Positions 63,000 through 64,000 of a DNA stretch of 64,000 nucleotides are shown piece after piece (positions within the stretch are counted from its first letter, which is position 1; every line of letters starts with the position of its first letter). The stretch covers positions 558,001 through 622,000 of the forward strand of contig NIVC01000364.1 of assembly GCA_002269645.1 (NCBI GenBank), read 5' to 3'. The translations under genes and the position numbers were made by a program. This DNA comes from Macrostomum lignano (taxonomy: Eukaryota). Under the pieces are notes generated by a model. The model had not been told where the DNA came from, made no database searches, and saw only the letters and a list, made by a program, of their open reading frames with translations.

Positions 63000-63790
63000 T
63001 GAAGGAGCGGAGGTAGAGGCTTGAGCAGCTCACTGAAGGAGCGGGGGTAGAGGCTTGAGCAGCTCACTGAAGGAGCGGGGGTAGAGGCTTGAGCAGCTCA
63101 CTGAAGGAGCGGGGGTAGAGGCTTGAGCAGCTCACTGAAGGAGCGGGGGTAGAGGCTTGAGCAGCTCACTGAAGAAGCGGGGGTAGCGGATTGAGCAGCT
63201 CACTGAAGGAGCGGGGGTAGCGGATTGAGCAGCTCACTGAAGGAGCGGAGGTAGCAGATTGAGCAGCTCACTGAAGAAGCGGGGGGTAGCGGATTGAGCA
63301 GCTCACTGAAGGAGCGGGGGTAGCGGATTGAGCAGCTCACTGAAGGAGCGGAGGTAGCGGATTGAGCAGCTCACTGAAGGAGCGGGGGTAGCGGATTGAG
63401 CAGCTCACTGAAGGAGCGGAGGTAGCAGATTGAGCAGCTCACTGAAGAAGCGGGGGGTAGCGGATTGAGCAGCTCACTGAAGGAGCGGGGGTAGCGGATT
63501 GAGCAGCTCACTGAAGGAGCGGGGGTAGAGGCTTGAGCAGCTCACTGAAGGAGCGGGGGGTAGCGGATTGAGCAGCTCACTGAAGGAGCGGGTGTGGCGG
63601 ATTGAGCAGCTCACTGAAGAAGCGGGGGTAGCGGATTGAGCAGCTCACTGAAGGAGCGGGTGTGGCGGATTGAGCAGCTCACTGAAGGAGCGGAGGTAGC
63701 GGATTGAGCAGCTCACTGAAGGAGCGGAGGTAGAGGATTGAGCAGCTCACTGAAGGAGCGGGGGTTTAAGCAGCTCACTGAAGAAGCGGA
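63000..63790. repeat. 34-bp minisatellite in the intron after the TF-like exon
   Basis: TGAGCAGCTCACTGAAGGAGCGGGGGTAGCGGAT. Confidence 0.96.
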
Positions 63791-64000
63791 GGTAGAGGAT
63801 TCAGAGGCCTGTGAATTAGAAAACACTTCAAGAAGTCTCTAGTAAGTTTCCAGAACAGGTCAAGGTTGAGGCTGAATGTTGTCAACACACCTCGAAAGGA
63901 AAGCGATCACATCTTCTAACTGAAATAATTGCTTCGGGGCATTTATTTGCTGCTATTAACTTGATTACCTTACCGCCTCCGCCCTCAGCCATCTTTCTCG

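Noticed and set aside
30507-63790. Regularly spaced repeats as possible CRISPR arrays
   Set aside because: Head-to-tail units with no unique spacers, no cas genes, and a eukaryotic intron-containing context.

Overview
Eukaryotic (animal) genomic DNA; no prokaryotic features, CRISPR arrays, rRNA or intact tRNA were seen. The GC-rich, low-complexity exons and minisatellite-filled introns resemble the flatworm Macrostomum (inference from style only). Genes, built by hand from GT-AG junctions with phase checks: (1) 3' part of a PLP-dependent GAD/CSAD/aspartate-decarboxylase-family gene (7-1876, +); (2) a 9-exon, ~1230-aa TRPM-type channel whose N-terminal MHR1/2 region is replaced by 6-7 ankyrin repeats (3886-14269, +); (3) a 2-exon secreted reprolysin/ADAMTS-like metalloprotease whose spliced zinc motif reads HELGHVLGATD, with Asp as third ligand (17706-19992, -); (4) a Rap2 GTPase whose first visible exon has no start codon (30138-32776, +); (5) the first coding exon of a His/Gly/Ala-rich, transcription-factor-like gene (62558-62927, +). 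An AT-rich block at 20.5-30 kb holds decayed DNA transposons, including two hAT-type MITEs with 8-bp TSDs nested inside Tc1/mariner elements. About 25 kb (~40%, rough sum) is some 30 different tandem arrays, and most long entries in the ORF track are translations of these. The strongest leads are the ankyrin-TRPM chimera, the Asp-ligand protease, an intronic 30-bp array of in-frame splice acceptors, and possible spliced-leader donation of the Rap2 start codon.
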